Positions 48,510 through 60,900 of a DNA stretch of 64,000 nucleotides are shown piece after piece (position 1 is the first letter of the stretch; the number at the start of each line of letters is the position of its first letter). Location: positions 372,001 to 436,000 of the forward strand of contig LSRY02000047.1 in assembly GCA_001643675.2 (NCBI GenBank). Direction: 5' to 3'. The notes beneath the pieces were generated by a model. That model was not told where the DNA came from and ran no database searches. It saw nothing but the letters and a program-made list of their open reading frames with translations. Made by a program: the position numbers and the translations under genes. Origin of the DNA: Monocercomonoides exilis PA203 (lineage: Eukaryota > Protista > Preaxostyla).

Positions 48510-49629
48510 TTGACTATTCATTTTTCAAAAGCCAAACGAAGAACAGATATGTGCGGAATGTGCAAAGCATTGGAAAACATTACAAACAAGCTAAAGTCAA
48601 ACCCCTCTAAAATAGTTAACTCAAAAGGAACAACGATCATTCGAATTTTTGAAAACGCACAAATTATATGCAGATTGGCAAAGAAGAAGTTTCAATGAAG
48701 CTGTTATCAACCTTCAAGAAAACGAATGTGTAATATTATTCGATTTTAAACTAAAGTGGAAGTTGCCCATTAGAAAAGATCAGCTTCAATTGAAATTTTT
48801 CACGTATTGTCAAGTGTCTCACTTTACAATAATCACTTTTCAAAAATTTGGAAAAACGTTTGTGAAAAAGGTGCACAGTTTTCTTTCCAATTGTTTGACA
48901 AACAATTATCAAAATGTGATAGAATGCCTAAAATCAGTTCTCAGTCAAAAAGATTATGAAAATCTACAAAAATTCATTTTTTATTGCAATTCAGGCCCTC
49001 ATAATAGAAACAGATTTATATTTCATATTGTTTTATCCAATGAAACTCCATTGTTTATCATTAAGGCATGTGAAATTAACTACTTCGCTGAACATCATAA
49101 GAAAAGTTTGTGCGATGGAGAATTTGGTGCTTTCACGAATGCAATAAAAAACAACATTTCAGAAAAAGATATTACAACGCTTAATGATTTGATAAACTTT
49201 TTCAAAAATCATCTGAGTTTGCACTCAACTTCAACAAGATCTTCATTTTACAACCAAAATAATGCGATCAATAAACAACAGAATCATTCAAACTCAAATA
49301 ATTTCGACGTCGAAATAAAAGATAGATTTTTTGAGGAGTACAAACCAATTGAAACAAGCGCATTCCCTACACTTATGATAATTCATATGAAAGATTATTT
49401 ACATTTGGAAAAAAATAACAACAAAATACATAGATCATCAGTAAGCTTGTTGAGCGCGCGTTCATTGATCAATCTTGAATATTCAATTCACAAAGAATGC
49501 ATAAGAGAAAAAGGAAAGACGAACTTGAAATTTGCAAACATTCAAAACACAGATACGTTATCGCAAGCTTCAATAAATATGTTACAAAGACTATCAGAAA
49601 ATTTGCACATATTCTTTAAAAAAGATTGA
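48510..49629 (+). pseudogene. Sola-type DDD transposase, catalytic region (degenerate)
   Basis: KAKRRTDMCGMC, VILFDFK, FYCNSGPHNRN (decayed SDxGPHxRN-type motif) and NYFAEHHKKSLCDGEFG (HGKSxxDGxFG-type motif). Frameshift near 48650. The superfamily is assigned from recalled motifs plus the long TIRs and 4-bp TSD. Confidence 0.72.
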
Positions 49630-51091
49630 CGAAATAAATATTCATTAAATACTTGCAAAATAAATAATAAAGTACTCAAAAACGGATGAAAATATCATCA
49701 TTTATTTCAATGAATCAATAATTTTCAAATCATCTTCAAATCTATTTCATTCATCTTCATAACACTTTCTCTCTCATTCAAAACACTTTCTCTCTCTTTC
49801 CAAACTCTTCTTCTCTCTCTCCAAACACTTTCCCTCTCACTTTTATCTTTTTCATTCATCTTCTAATTTCTTTATCTCTTCTTCCCAACACTTCCTATCA
49901 TGTTCCAATTACATTTATTTGATGAGAACTTTTCCATTTCTTTTATTTTTTTTTAATCAACACTGTCTCCATGTAATTTAAGCTAATCATATTTGTTATA
50001 GTCTCTTGTTAATTCTATTTCCTTTTCTTCCGATCAATATGCCCTATTATTTTCATCAAAAAACCAAAAAGAAAAAACAAAAACTAATATTAATCAAAAC
50101 AATAAAGAAATATAAGCACATATTCTTGCGCAAGAATGACTTATTTTCGACATTTTTGTGTTGAATTTGGAACTTTATTCATTCTTTGAATCGTTAAATC
50201 ATTAGCAAAAATTCATTTCTGTCAAATAACATTAACGAGGTAAAATTTTAATACAAACGCAAAACATGTGAAAATTTTATTAAATTGCATACTCATGCCA
50301 TATCTGTTATACAGAAATAAACGCCTCTGAAAGTTCAAATAATCAAAAGAATTAAATAGCAACTGAAAAATATTCTTAAGGTTCATCAAAATTATTTTTT
50401 GTTTGTCCAAACATTTTTAAAATTAAAGTTTAATAAGTTAAAGATTAAACTATTGCACTTTTAAGCCTTTTTTTCCGATTCCCTTTAAGAAAAATTTTTT
50501 GATCAAAACTCGAACGAAAGTATGATTTCAAAAAGGATCAGCCGTATATTATTTAATAATTTTTAATTTTTAAGGTAGGAAACATATTATAATAAACGAT
50601 TTGATTACATTATTGATTATTGAACGTTATGAAAAGTGCGTTGACAATAAATGAGTATATTTCAACCTATTTCCAATATTTTTTGTACCACAATTTTTAG
50701 GCAAAAAATGAAGATCTACCCACAATTTAATTAAACTTGAAATTTGTTGGTGTAACTTGAAATAACTGCCTTATTTTCAATTTTTCTGAAAAATTTCAAA
50801 ATATCTTGATTATTTCAAAATAACATTATGGAATTTCAAAAATTTTCAAAAATTTCACAATTACACAAAAATTGTGCTATTCAACAATTATAAATTAGAA
50901 TGTAAAAATTCTCATTTTGAATAATTTTTGGTGTAATTATTTAATGAAGAAGACTCAACATGCTTAGTGACTTGTTTTGAATAAAGATAACCTTTTATTG
51001 ACAAAGACGAGAGAAAATTTCTCGATGTCTTTCACATTATTAACCATAATTAAAAATGTGATGTAAAGAAAATCAAAAGTCAATATTTTAC

Positions 51092-51768
51092 ATGCTATCA
51101 GTTATTTGTTTGCTTTATATACAGGTTACAAAGTCCAACGAAATATCGGAAAATTACGAAGAAGCATTAAATTTAAATTCAACTCTGGAATCATGCGAGG
51201 AAGAAGAGAGCACTTTATGTGAAAGCCTTTATTTGTATGAAAGCTTGAAAATTTATTTAATAATACATTATAATTGTATTAGATGTACTGCATGGAGGGA
51301 TGCTACATGTAGGGATCCTTTTGGTGGTAACTTTGGTTTGAATTCTTTTTTTTTTTACTTTCATAAAAGCTTTCACAAGGTAATCGGAACATCGGGTGGA
51401 GAATGCCCGGAGGGAGACAATATCCAAATTACCTATACCAATTTGAACCCGGGGCTGCATCAACAGTGTCAAAATACAGGCTGGGAGGCCAGTCTTGCGG
51501 TATTTGACTTATTGAATCATCTTTGCATTAATATGTTTTCTTCTCAACGCCTTTGTTGGGGGTTCATAAGGATATGGAACACCTACCTATCATGAGGTTT
51601 GTTTATTCTTTTCAAACAGTATTTTCACATTTTATTAACCAGAACCAGAATTGCGAAATGAATCCAACTTCATATAATCCCTTGGATACAGCTTTTTTAA
51701 TGCACAGCCCAATTTTGGAATACTGTGGAGGAGCAACTCCATTTCAGCAACGTTATTCAAATTGCTAG
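51092..51768 (+). CDS. Small predicted secreted Cys/Gly-rich protein (about 155 aa, 4 predicted introns)
   Basis: Four phase-compatible GT-AG introns give one open frame: MLSVICLLYIQV...CTAWRDATCRDPFGGNFGNRNIGWRMPGGRQYPNYLYQFEPG...QSCGYGTPTYHENQNCE...YCGGATPFQQRYSNC*. Confidence 0.6.
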
Positions 51769-52195
51769 TCAAAAATGAAAAATTAACCAGAAATGGCTCA
51801 GATAAAATTTATAATTTTCTTGTTAGATTGAAAGCAACTTGAAATATCTGTTTTGCATTGTTACACTGTTTTTTGCTGAAAATTCATATAATAACATATT
51901 ATTTTGTATTTCATTTAAACTTTCTTGCCAAGGAAAAAATATTTCATATTTTGATTTATTAACAATGAAATTCAAAAATGCATATTCTTTTTCAAATTTT
52001 AAAATCTTATATTTTGAGGTGCAAACACCTTAACAAATCGTACATAATGATGTAATATTGAATGTAACGTATGAATTTCATTGGTATTTTTTCAATAATA
52101 AATTTTTGAAATTTAAAAAAAAAATATTATAAGAAAAAATTAATGCATTGTTAAAGAATGATGTGAAAATTTCCATTTTGAATAATTTCATTCAT

Positions 52196-53810
52196 TTATT
52201 TACTCTCAGCTTTTGAGTTATCTTCCTTTTTCTTTTTGTCTTCCTCTTGTGATTTCTCTGCTGACTTCTTCTTCTTGTTCTTCTTCTTATTCTTTTTTGC
52301 AGATGGTGCAGACCCAACAGTAAGTGGTTTTTGAAGAATAGAAAGAATTTCAGGATCTGTGATTGCTTTTTCAGAATGGTGAGCAGCAGATAATATTGAG
52401 GCTGAAGCAGCACCTCCGCACAACACTTGCACACCCTTTTCAGTGACGATACACGTCAATTTAACTTGAGCAACGAAAGTGCCTGGTAAAATAAATCACA
52501 TTGATCAAATATTAAAAAAAATATACAAAACAATTAAAAAAATTATCAGATGGAAAAAAAAATTTCAGTTTTGAAATAAAGATTTTTCAAAATGAAAATG
52601 AAAAAATTCAACAAAAAGGCAAACCAGGTTTCAAAAACATTGGAGGATAAGTCGACAGCATGTTGTGCTCAATCATTTCCTTTATACCAATTCGTGGTAA
52701 TTTAGTGCGAAGAGATCTTATAGAGAAAGGAAATGTAGCGTGCTTCTTTTGAATCTCCGACATGAGTTGTCTTGAAGTCTTCAAACGCAGCATAAATTGC
52801 TCTTCAACATTTCTCTTATAAACTGTAGGGCGGAATTTGTCTCCCAGTTCTTTAGGTGCTGCAGGTGGAGGAATTGGCTCTCCTTCAACTTCGGGAATGA
52901 TTTGTCCTCTTTTGTTCGTCTTTGGTTCTTTAGTTGACATAACAACATCAATACAAAACACATCATCCAATTCTACTTCTGCATTCGGATCCATTGGAAT
53001 GTTTGATGCAGAAAGAAGGTTTGGAATCGTTTTATTTCCATCAATCACAAATCTCTTCATGCAATGAGAAAGCACTCCATCAACTGGAAATACACCATAC
53101 GCAGCAGCAATTTTTTTGATGATAGCGGAAATTGCAATGGTTTTGGTTCCAGGAACCAAGCTCTTTGCCACAGCATCAGCTGCAACCCAAGCTGCTTCTG
53201 TTGCATCAGCTCTTGCATCTGTAACTGGAGAGCTGCTCACAATCACAGTATGCGATGCACAGGCGGTATATCCGTCAATATGACAACCCAAATCACTATA
53301 ACAAAAAATAAATATAAAGAAAACATTTCACGATCATAAAATAATATTTCTTCAATCTTCATAAATCCATCTTCACACATTTTCACAACGTCTCCTTCTG
53401 CAATTTTCCTTGTATCTTCAGCTTCAGGAGAATAATTACCAACACATTCGTTGATTGAAATGCACGTTGGGAATGCAACTCCTTTTTCGATTGGTTCTTC
53501 ATCTTTTTCAACGTTGTAAATAGCAGATGTCATCTCTTCAATTGTGCGATCTCCAATGTCAGCAAGCTCTACAACAGATTTTCCAACTATACAAGCTTGA
53601 ACAACTCTTGTAAGAGCATCTTTGAATTAAAACAATTGCAATAAGTTCGCAAATTCAATAAACATATATATTTTCGCTAACAATAAACAAAAAAGCCAAA
53701 TTACCCTGTGAAATCCTTGCAGCAGCCTTGTATTTTTCAAGTACTTCTGGCTTCAGTACATTATCATCCTCTTCAGAAGACACAGAGCTTGAACTTGGTT
53801 TTTCAGACAT
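52196..53810 (-). CDS. PA2G4: Proliferation-associated protein 2G4 / EBP1 (M24 fold), 4 exons
   Basis: LEKYKAAA, KGVAFPTCISINECVGNYSP, GCHIDGYTA, GVLSHCMKRFVIDGNK, LRLKTSR, FPFSIRSL and a Lys-rich C-tail KKNKKKNKKK. Confidence 0.93.
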
Positions 53811-54313
53811 TTTTGATCTTTTTTACCAATTTATGAAGATCCAACTTCATGATTTATGGGTGAAAAAATAAACTGTGGATTTAATTTCCATTTTTCTGTT
53901 ATTGAATGTTGATGTTAATGCACGTTAATAACTAACTTCTCCCTCTCACATTAACAATCTGCTGTTATTTAATTCGCAGCATTTTTTTTAAATTATTTTT
54001 TTGAATCTTGTGAAACATGTGATTTTGTTTTGCACTAAAAAACGAGTTCATTTCTTTCTTTCTCTCTTTCTCTCTCTAACTTTTTTTCGCATGTGGAATA
54101 TAAAGCACTCATTTATTGCAGAAAAAAAATGAATATTCATAAGAAATAAAACAGTCTTTTTTCAACAACTGTTCTTCAAACTCTATAATGTTTCTTTTTT
54201 TTCTTTGTTGAGTGATAATGTTAATTTATATACACAAACAATTGAAAATTTATTTGCTTTACCGTAATTTCTAACGCAAACAAATAAAAACAGAATCGAC
54301 ATTTCTGGAAATA

Positions 54314-54671
54314 CAGTTTGTGCTAAAAATACCGGACAAGATCGATATCTCAATAACCGCAAGAAGAAGAATTCTGTTAAATTTCCTCAATATACATCTC
54401 ATTAATGCAAATTCACGTGATATACAAAACTTTCAGGACAGCTTCGCTTGAGCTCAGAAAAGATGATATTTGAATTCTCGGAGAAACTCAAAATCCTATT
54501 TCTCCGAAATTTCAATAAATATATTTACTGAGCTCAAGAGAAGCTGTCCTGAAAGTTTTGTATATCACGTGAATTTGCATTAATGAGATATATTTTGAGG
54601 AAATTTAACAGAATTCTTCTTCTTGCGGTTATTGAGATATCGATCTTGTCCGGTATTTTTTGCACAAACAG
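54314..54671. mobile_element. MITE family B copy (358 bp, TA TSD)
   Basis: TA|CAGTTTGTGCTAAAAATACCGG...CCGGTATTTTTTGCACAAACAG|TA. Same length as the 14334-14691 copy. Confidence 0.9.
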
Positions 54672-55239
54672 TAACTTCATGCATTTTGTGTTAACTGAAA
54701 GACCAACAATAAAAAAAAATTAATGTTTCATGTTCTTATCGAAAAAGTTGAATGCAAGAAAATTGGATTTTTATTTTATCTTGGAGCTTTTTCGTCATTC
54801 TGACCCAAAAAAAATGAAGTATGAAAAGTTCAAAAAACAACATGAATAAAAGAAAACAAAATCAGAATTAATTCTTCTGATAACTTTCCTTTTTCCTTCA
54901 CCTCGATTTAATGCATTGTCTTTCTTTTCATCGACAGAATCATCGTTTTTTTACAAAAAGAAATCTTCTTTTTATTTTTTTCTTTTCATCCACAACAGTC
55001 TTCACTTCGTCCTTCTCCTTTTCATCCATTTCATTTTTCCTTTCAATATTTATTTTCAAATGATTTTCCCATTTCTCAAAAAGATTTTCATCAGTAATCA
55101 CTTTTCCATAAAAGTTGAATCGATTTCTTCTGGATGAAAGAGGATAAATTGAAGATTCGGGCAGTTTCAAAAGAACTGGCCCAGAAGAATTGTGAAGAAC
55201 ACCACTGCAGACGAAAACTTTCTGAATTACAGAAGGAGA

Positions 55240-56438
55240 TTATGCAGTGTGGATGGCTTGAGGCAGAACGTCGTAAATTGCTGCTCGTTTGGAGGAAGAT
55301 GATGAAGAAGATGGAGCCTCAAATCTGTTTGTCAGTTCAGATTTGAACACAGCAAACACTCCTCTGTGAAGAGGTTGACAGATGTGTGTGCTGTGTGGAA
55401 AGAAGGTTAAAACGTCGACTTGTTGTTTTTGGAATTCTCGCCATATCGATGGATCTGCGCGAGAAACATGAGAATCAAGAAGGAGAAGAATGTATTCATT
55501 TTCAAGTGACATGCGCTTTCTTCTTTCGATGACAGAAGGTAGAAGAACGGTGAGAGCATACCTTTGAAAGCACTCGTTGTCCATCCAGCCCCTTCCATTT
55601 GCCCAGATCTCAAGCATTGGAGATAACAGGCTTTTCAGCTCTTCTGGAAGCTTCACACTTGGCCACAAAATGACAGAAGGAAAGGCATATCCATCTGCTT
55701 CCACAGCTGCCACGAATGTGGAATTAATCATTCTTCGTGGTTCTTTCTTAAAACCTGGTTTCGTATCTGCTGTATGCACAACAAGCCGTTTTGTATCTGT
55801 GGGTTCGCGCGTTGAAGATTCGTCGATGTTTTTTATTAAAGCTGGATTATAATGGTATTTTTCATGCAGCTCGTCGAGTGTTTTGTACTTGGGTTTTAAA
55901 ACACTTCTGCACGAAACAGCCAGTCTGTTGATGTCCAGATTCTTCGGCGTTCCAGTCTTCAGCTCCGGATGACGCTTGACAAGTCCATATGCCGCAGACA
56001 TTGAAACTGCGGTAAATGGTGCGTCTTCGTCATCGTTGTCGTTTATAAAATTTTCTATCTGAAAAACAAATAATTAAAACATATTAACAAAAATAAAGCA
56101 AACCAATTCTCTCTTTTTTTTAAAGTTAAACATGTTCCAGACTTTGCTTCAATGTGAATAATGTCCATTACTTTTTGTTCATTTTCGCCCACAACTGCTG
56201 CATGTCTGCCAACTTTTCCAACTGGTCTCCCTTTTCTCAGTGATCGAATTGCATTCTTGATCCCTGTGCGGCTGAATTCCTTGGAATTAATCGCATCTGT
56301 AATACGAACAACTCCATCTACAACGATATGAGCCATTCGATCCAGCCGACTGTGATGCTTCCTGTACTTGCGCGAAGACATTGCACGCTGTAATTTTTTC
56401 TGACCTTCTTTAAATTTTGTTTCTGTAAATATTTTCAT
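55240..56438 (-). pseudogene. pogo/Tigger-like DDE_1 transposase, probably inactive
   Basis: NIDES, TFVAAVEADG...P, GWMD, LLLLDSHVSR and FPHSTHICQPLHRGVF (the QPLD aspartate is replaced by H). N-terminal HTH-like exon, probable intron at about 56059-56103, frameshifts. Confidence 0.85.
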
Positions 56439-56735
56439 TTTTTAAATTATATTTTAAAGAACAAAATAATTTTTTTTTATGAAATGAAATGAAAAAAAAT
56501 CGAAAAATTACATTTTAAACAAACAAAAGGTTTTATGCACCATGCCACCATCCAATTCCACACAGAAGTTCAATGAAGGGGCTAAACCCCACTATCCCAA
56601 CACCAATGAGAAATTAGGTTTGTTTCTAAATGAATTTATTAATATCTACTGAATTCATGAATATACTTAAAATTCTTTTTAAATATGAAATTGTGTGAAA
56701 AGTTAATGATTTATTAATGTGAAAGGTCTTGATAT

Positions 56736-56917
56736 GACTAATTTTTTGTAAACTTCCTTTTGCTTAATTTTCAAATGAAACATAAATTTCATATTTCTTT
56801 CAAAAATCTGTTCCAACGAACGAAATTTCACAAAAATGGAAATAACAACATTGTAAAGCATTTGTTTTTATAAAAATAAAATTTGGTGAGAGGGAACGGA
56901 AATTTGATGGAAATATG
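56736..56917. mobile_element. Truncated MITE family A copy
   Basis: ATAT|GACTAATTTTTTGTAAACTTCC...TTAATTTTCAAAT left arm, loop and a partial right arm GGAAATTTGATGGAAATATG. Confidence 0.65.
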
Positions 56918-57986
56918 GGCATAATGAAACTTTAAGGACATCAATGAAACCTAATAATATTCATTTATTTTTGTTAAACTATTCTTTAAGTTTTCTTTTA
57001 AATTGAGGATAGTTTATATGTATGAAATAAATGGATAAATAGACAATGAAGTTTTTTAAAAGTGAAAAAAATAGACGAAACTTGGAGAGTTAAAAACACA
57101 CTCAATTTTTTATCCTCAAATTTTGTCTCTTTTTTGTAATATGTAATTCATTCGTTAGGTGTCTTTGCAATAATACTCTTTTTTTATTCAGAAAAGTCTT
57201 ATTTCGAGAGTATTATTTATTTGAAAATTTAAGATCAAAGTGATCCTAGGATCAATATTTTTTGTTTTATAAATTTTCTCACTCAATTTAAAGTGTTTTT
57301 GAAATTTTTTCATGCTTTCATAACAAAGGGATTATAATTATCTAAAATAACTTCAATTTTTTATTGGAGTGATAAAATTGTGAAAAATAACTGATGTGCT
57401 TTTTGTTGCAGTATGCCGAAATATGAAATTTTTCTTCATTAGAAAATTAAACAAAAGGAAGTTTTCAAAAAAAAAAATTAGCCATATGAAAAAAGTCAAG
57501 ATAAAATAATAACAAAAATAAAATTTTTGTTTAAATATTACAATATATATTTTTTGATGTTGTATTATCAGGTTGAATACGTTTTGCAAAGAAAAAATTG
57601 AAATAAAGATGATAAAAGCGAATTGACGGAAATTGAAGAAAAATAGGCAAGATTGCTCAAAAAAAGCTATACATTATAAATGGAAAAAACACAAAATCAA
57701 TTGATACAAATAGGGTACCAGCATCCTTATCGACAAACATTTCAACAAGGTTATCATTATTGAGGGATATAATAAGTACAAATAAAATATGCACTGATTT
57801 GATATCGAATATAAACGAAACAGGCATATGATTATGAAAACTGAAGACGATTACGAAATCATTCGATCATCTCAAGAAGACACAATGTCACACTCCCTAC
57901 AACATCAGCCAAATGCAACATTAATTTTTGGAGTTTTTTCTGATGTATCATCTTTAATTCCAGTGATGATTTGCCCTCAAAAACTG

Positions 57987-60900
57987 GGCATAGGTTCAAA
58001 CGCGTTCCTTTTGCAATTTGCGTTTTTTAACCCTCAAATAATAGCGAATTAATAGATAATAATTATTTGAAAACTTTTTATGGACCGATTTTTCGAAAAG
58101 AATTTTATTTGTTGAAAAAAATGATTTTTGAAAAATGACCTATGAAAACATGAATTTCATCGAAAAATATTCAAATTGAAAAGAAAACGTGATTTTTACA
58201 CATCAAAAGTGTTTGCATTATTATATAGACTTATTTAATTTATTAATTTTCATCATAAAAAATATAAATTACGAATAAAAAAACCTATAAAATATTTTTG
58301 ATCTTACCCATAATAAAATTTTTAATATCTAGAAAACTTGATAATTCCGTTTTTGATAAAATAGAACCTAAAAGTATGTAATTCGTTCACTTTTATATGT
58401 TAATATAAGTATATTATTATATGCGCACTCGTTTTATATTGAAAACAGCTTTTATTCAAAGTCAAGTGAACTTGTTGATATTTCTTTGCTATTCAGGAAC
58501 AACAAAAGACACATTATATTAAAGATGAAAACGGTTTGAAAACGGTTTGTCGAAACTATGAATGAATAAAAAATGCATAATTAAATTGAAACAGTGAAAA
58601 ACTAACATATTCTTTCATTTTTTTGACTTTTAATTTGATATTTGACAAAAAAAGTACAACGCAACTGGATATTTTTTGGTTTAATTAATCTTAAAGGTCT
58701 CCAAATGATTTTGAGTTGAGAAATATTGAGAATAAGTTTATAGTGAGTTAGTTTTTTTATTCTTTTCTTTTTTTGCAAATCATAAAATGTCTCAGATTTA
58801 AACAGAAATGTTTTTATCTTTAACAATGAAAAGCGAGTTTAGGGTTTATTTATTTATTTTTGAAACTGTTTTTGAAATAATTCTCAAAAATGTCTTCTTC
58901 AAATATATTTAAATCATTTTATTCTCAAAATCGTAAATTAAACATCAAGAAAAAATGAATAAGATATTTATATACATGCAGCTCTATCAAAACAATTTTA
59001 ATCGATAACAACATAGAATTTGCAACAAAATATTTTGTTAATAGCAGTTTTTGCAAAGTGAAAAAGTCTCAATATAAAATGTTAAACGTTAATAACTTTC
59101 ATCTATATATTTTCTCCACTTATTGTTATTCCACTTTCTGGTGAATTTGATATCGTTATGTCTTTCATAATTACAGAACTCTTCACAACATCCACAAGAG
59201 ATCCTTCCCATCTGCATTTCTCTTCTTCTTCATACAAATAATATTCATTTCTTTCCTTTGAACTCCCATTAAAAAAGCAATTGTCTATTATCACATCCAA
59301 GCATTCACAAACCTCCATCATTCTTCCCTTCACTTTTGTGCTCTGGCATTTCACAAAGGAACAGTTTAGCACACTCAACCCCCTTTCATCTCCATCCATC
59401 TTCTTCACGCTTCATTCAAAAGCCACTGAAATATTCTCAAACTTCACTTCCTTCATCTCTGCCTTCGCTTTTCCCCCAACTCTCACAGCTTCCACCTCAC
59501 ACTCGATATTCAATATTCGCGTCTCAGCAATTGACACACAAGATTCTCCACAGAATGACAGAAGTGGCACAGCTATATGAATTCCACTGAATGATGTTAC
59601 GCTCATCTTCAGCTCCCCACTCTCTACATGAAGAATCATGCTCTTCATCACAAGATCCATTGCTGAAGAGCTGAAAAAGCATTCAATCATCACCATCCGC
59701 CCCTCCTTCACTTTCATAACATATTTGTGTGTGCACTCAAACATCTCTCCAAACACAAACAAACACCTCTCCATCACACTTTCATTCACAAACTTCATGA
59801 TGCTGTCCTCCTCAGTTGTTTTTTCAATCTTCCCCTCAAAATGCACTGTCGCCTTCTCCCTCCGAATCGACACCATCCTCACATCCCCAATCACACATCC
59901 CTCTCCCATCATCCCTTCCCCATCAATCCATAGCACATTCATCATAATTGGTTGAATGTGTTGCACAGCATTTCCAATGCTCTCACACGGATTGCTCTGT
60001 GCTCCACACTGCCTGCTGTCACTCCCATTCACGCTCAAAAACACCTATGAAGAATAATTGAATGCAATCAGCGGCATCAGATCAACATCAACTTTCCCTT
60101 CTCCATCGCTCCCACACATCGACTTCTCCCCCTTCAGCGCCTCCTGGCTGAAGTTCAGTTCAAACAGTCTTTCATTCATCTGCAAGTCAATCGAGTCGCA
60201 TCGGATGAACACATCCTTCCCCACAAACGCATCGTTCATCATGAATCGGATGTTCTCCAATCTCAGCCCAAGTGGTTGTATTTCCGTGTTGGAGCATTCC
60301 ACATTCGGGTCAAGTGCATCAATCATCATCCCTCCTCCCCTTCCATTCCCTGTCAAGCACACACTCATCTCAAACGAACACCCACTCACTTTCACCTCCG
60401 AATCTCCTCTCTTCATCGATATCTTCATCCCTCCTCCATCCAAGCTTCTCTCGCTCATGCACTTCGTCAGCACACACCCTTCAATCACACACTCCATCCC
60501 TGATAAAAATGATCCCACACTCATCACACTTGCCCTGTTCTCCAAACATGTGATGTTCACAAATGAGGAGCTGTTCACCCTCACTCTTTGTTTTGTGTTT
60601 TCTCTTGCTTTGTCGATCAACATGCTTGACAGAAATGGTTGACTCAGCGATATCAGACTGCTTCCTGAAATCGTTGTGTTCGAAGCAGACACATTCATCA
60701 CATCAATCACTTCCACTTCTGGGGCAAACTCCAAAAACCCTTTGACCAGATTGAACTGAGAAAGGGTGCAATCTTCAATCACCACACTCCCTCCATCTGC
60801 GATTACCAATGTATATTTCGTTTCCTTTGTTGTATCCTCACAAACAAATGAGCACCTCATGATTGAAAGTGATGTTGCTGAGGATGACAATGTTTGAATG

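Larger units (their letters stand above)
44620..50543 (+). mobile_element. Sola-like DNA transposon with 809-bp TIRs, encoding a transposase and a USP deubiquitinase
   Basis: TIRs at 44620-45428 and 49735-50543 (coordinate sum 95163; the ORF track shows identical 62-aa ORFs in both arms). GG...CC termini. Flanks ATAT and GTAT, read as a 4-bp TSD with one mismatch. Confidence 0.9.

Noticed and set aside
44753-50410. Two identical 62-aa ORFs on opposite strands
   Set aside because: Chance ORFs inside the TIRs. They have a TTG start and AT-rich composition and serve only as evidence of TIR identity.
44620-50543. Polinton/Maverick or virophage (long TIRs plus a protease)
   Set aside because: Too short, with no pPolB, integrase, ATPase or capsid motifs. 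The protease is USP-type rather than adenain, and the TSD is 4 bp.
54680-56620. TIRs of the pogo-like element
   Set aside because: I could not find a matching terminal pair around the transposase, so boundaries are not called.
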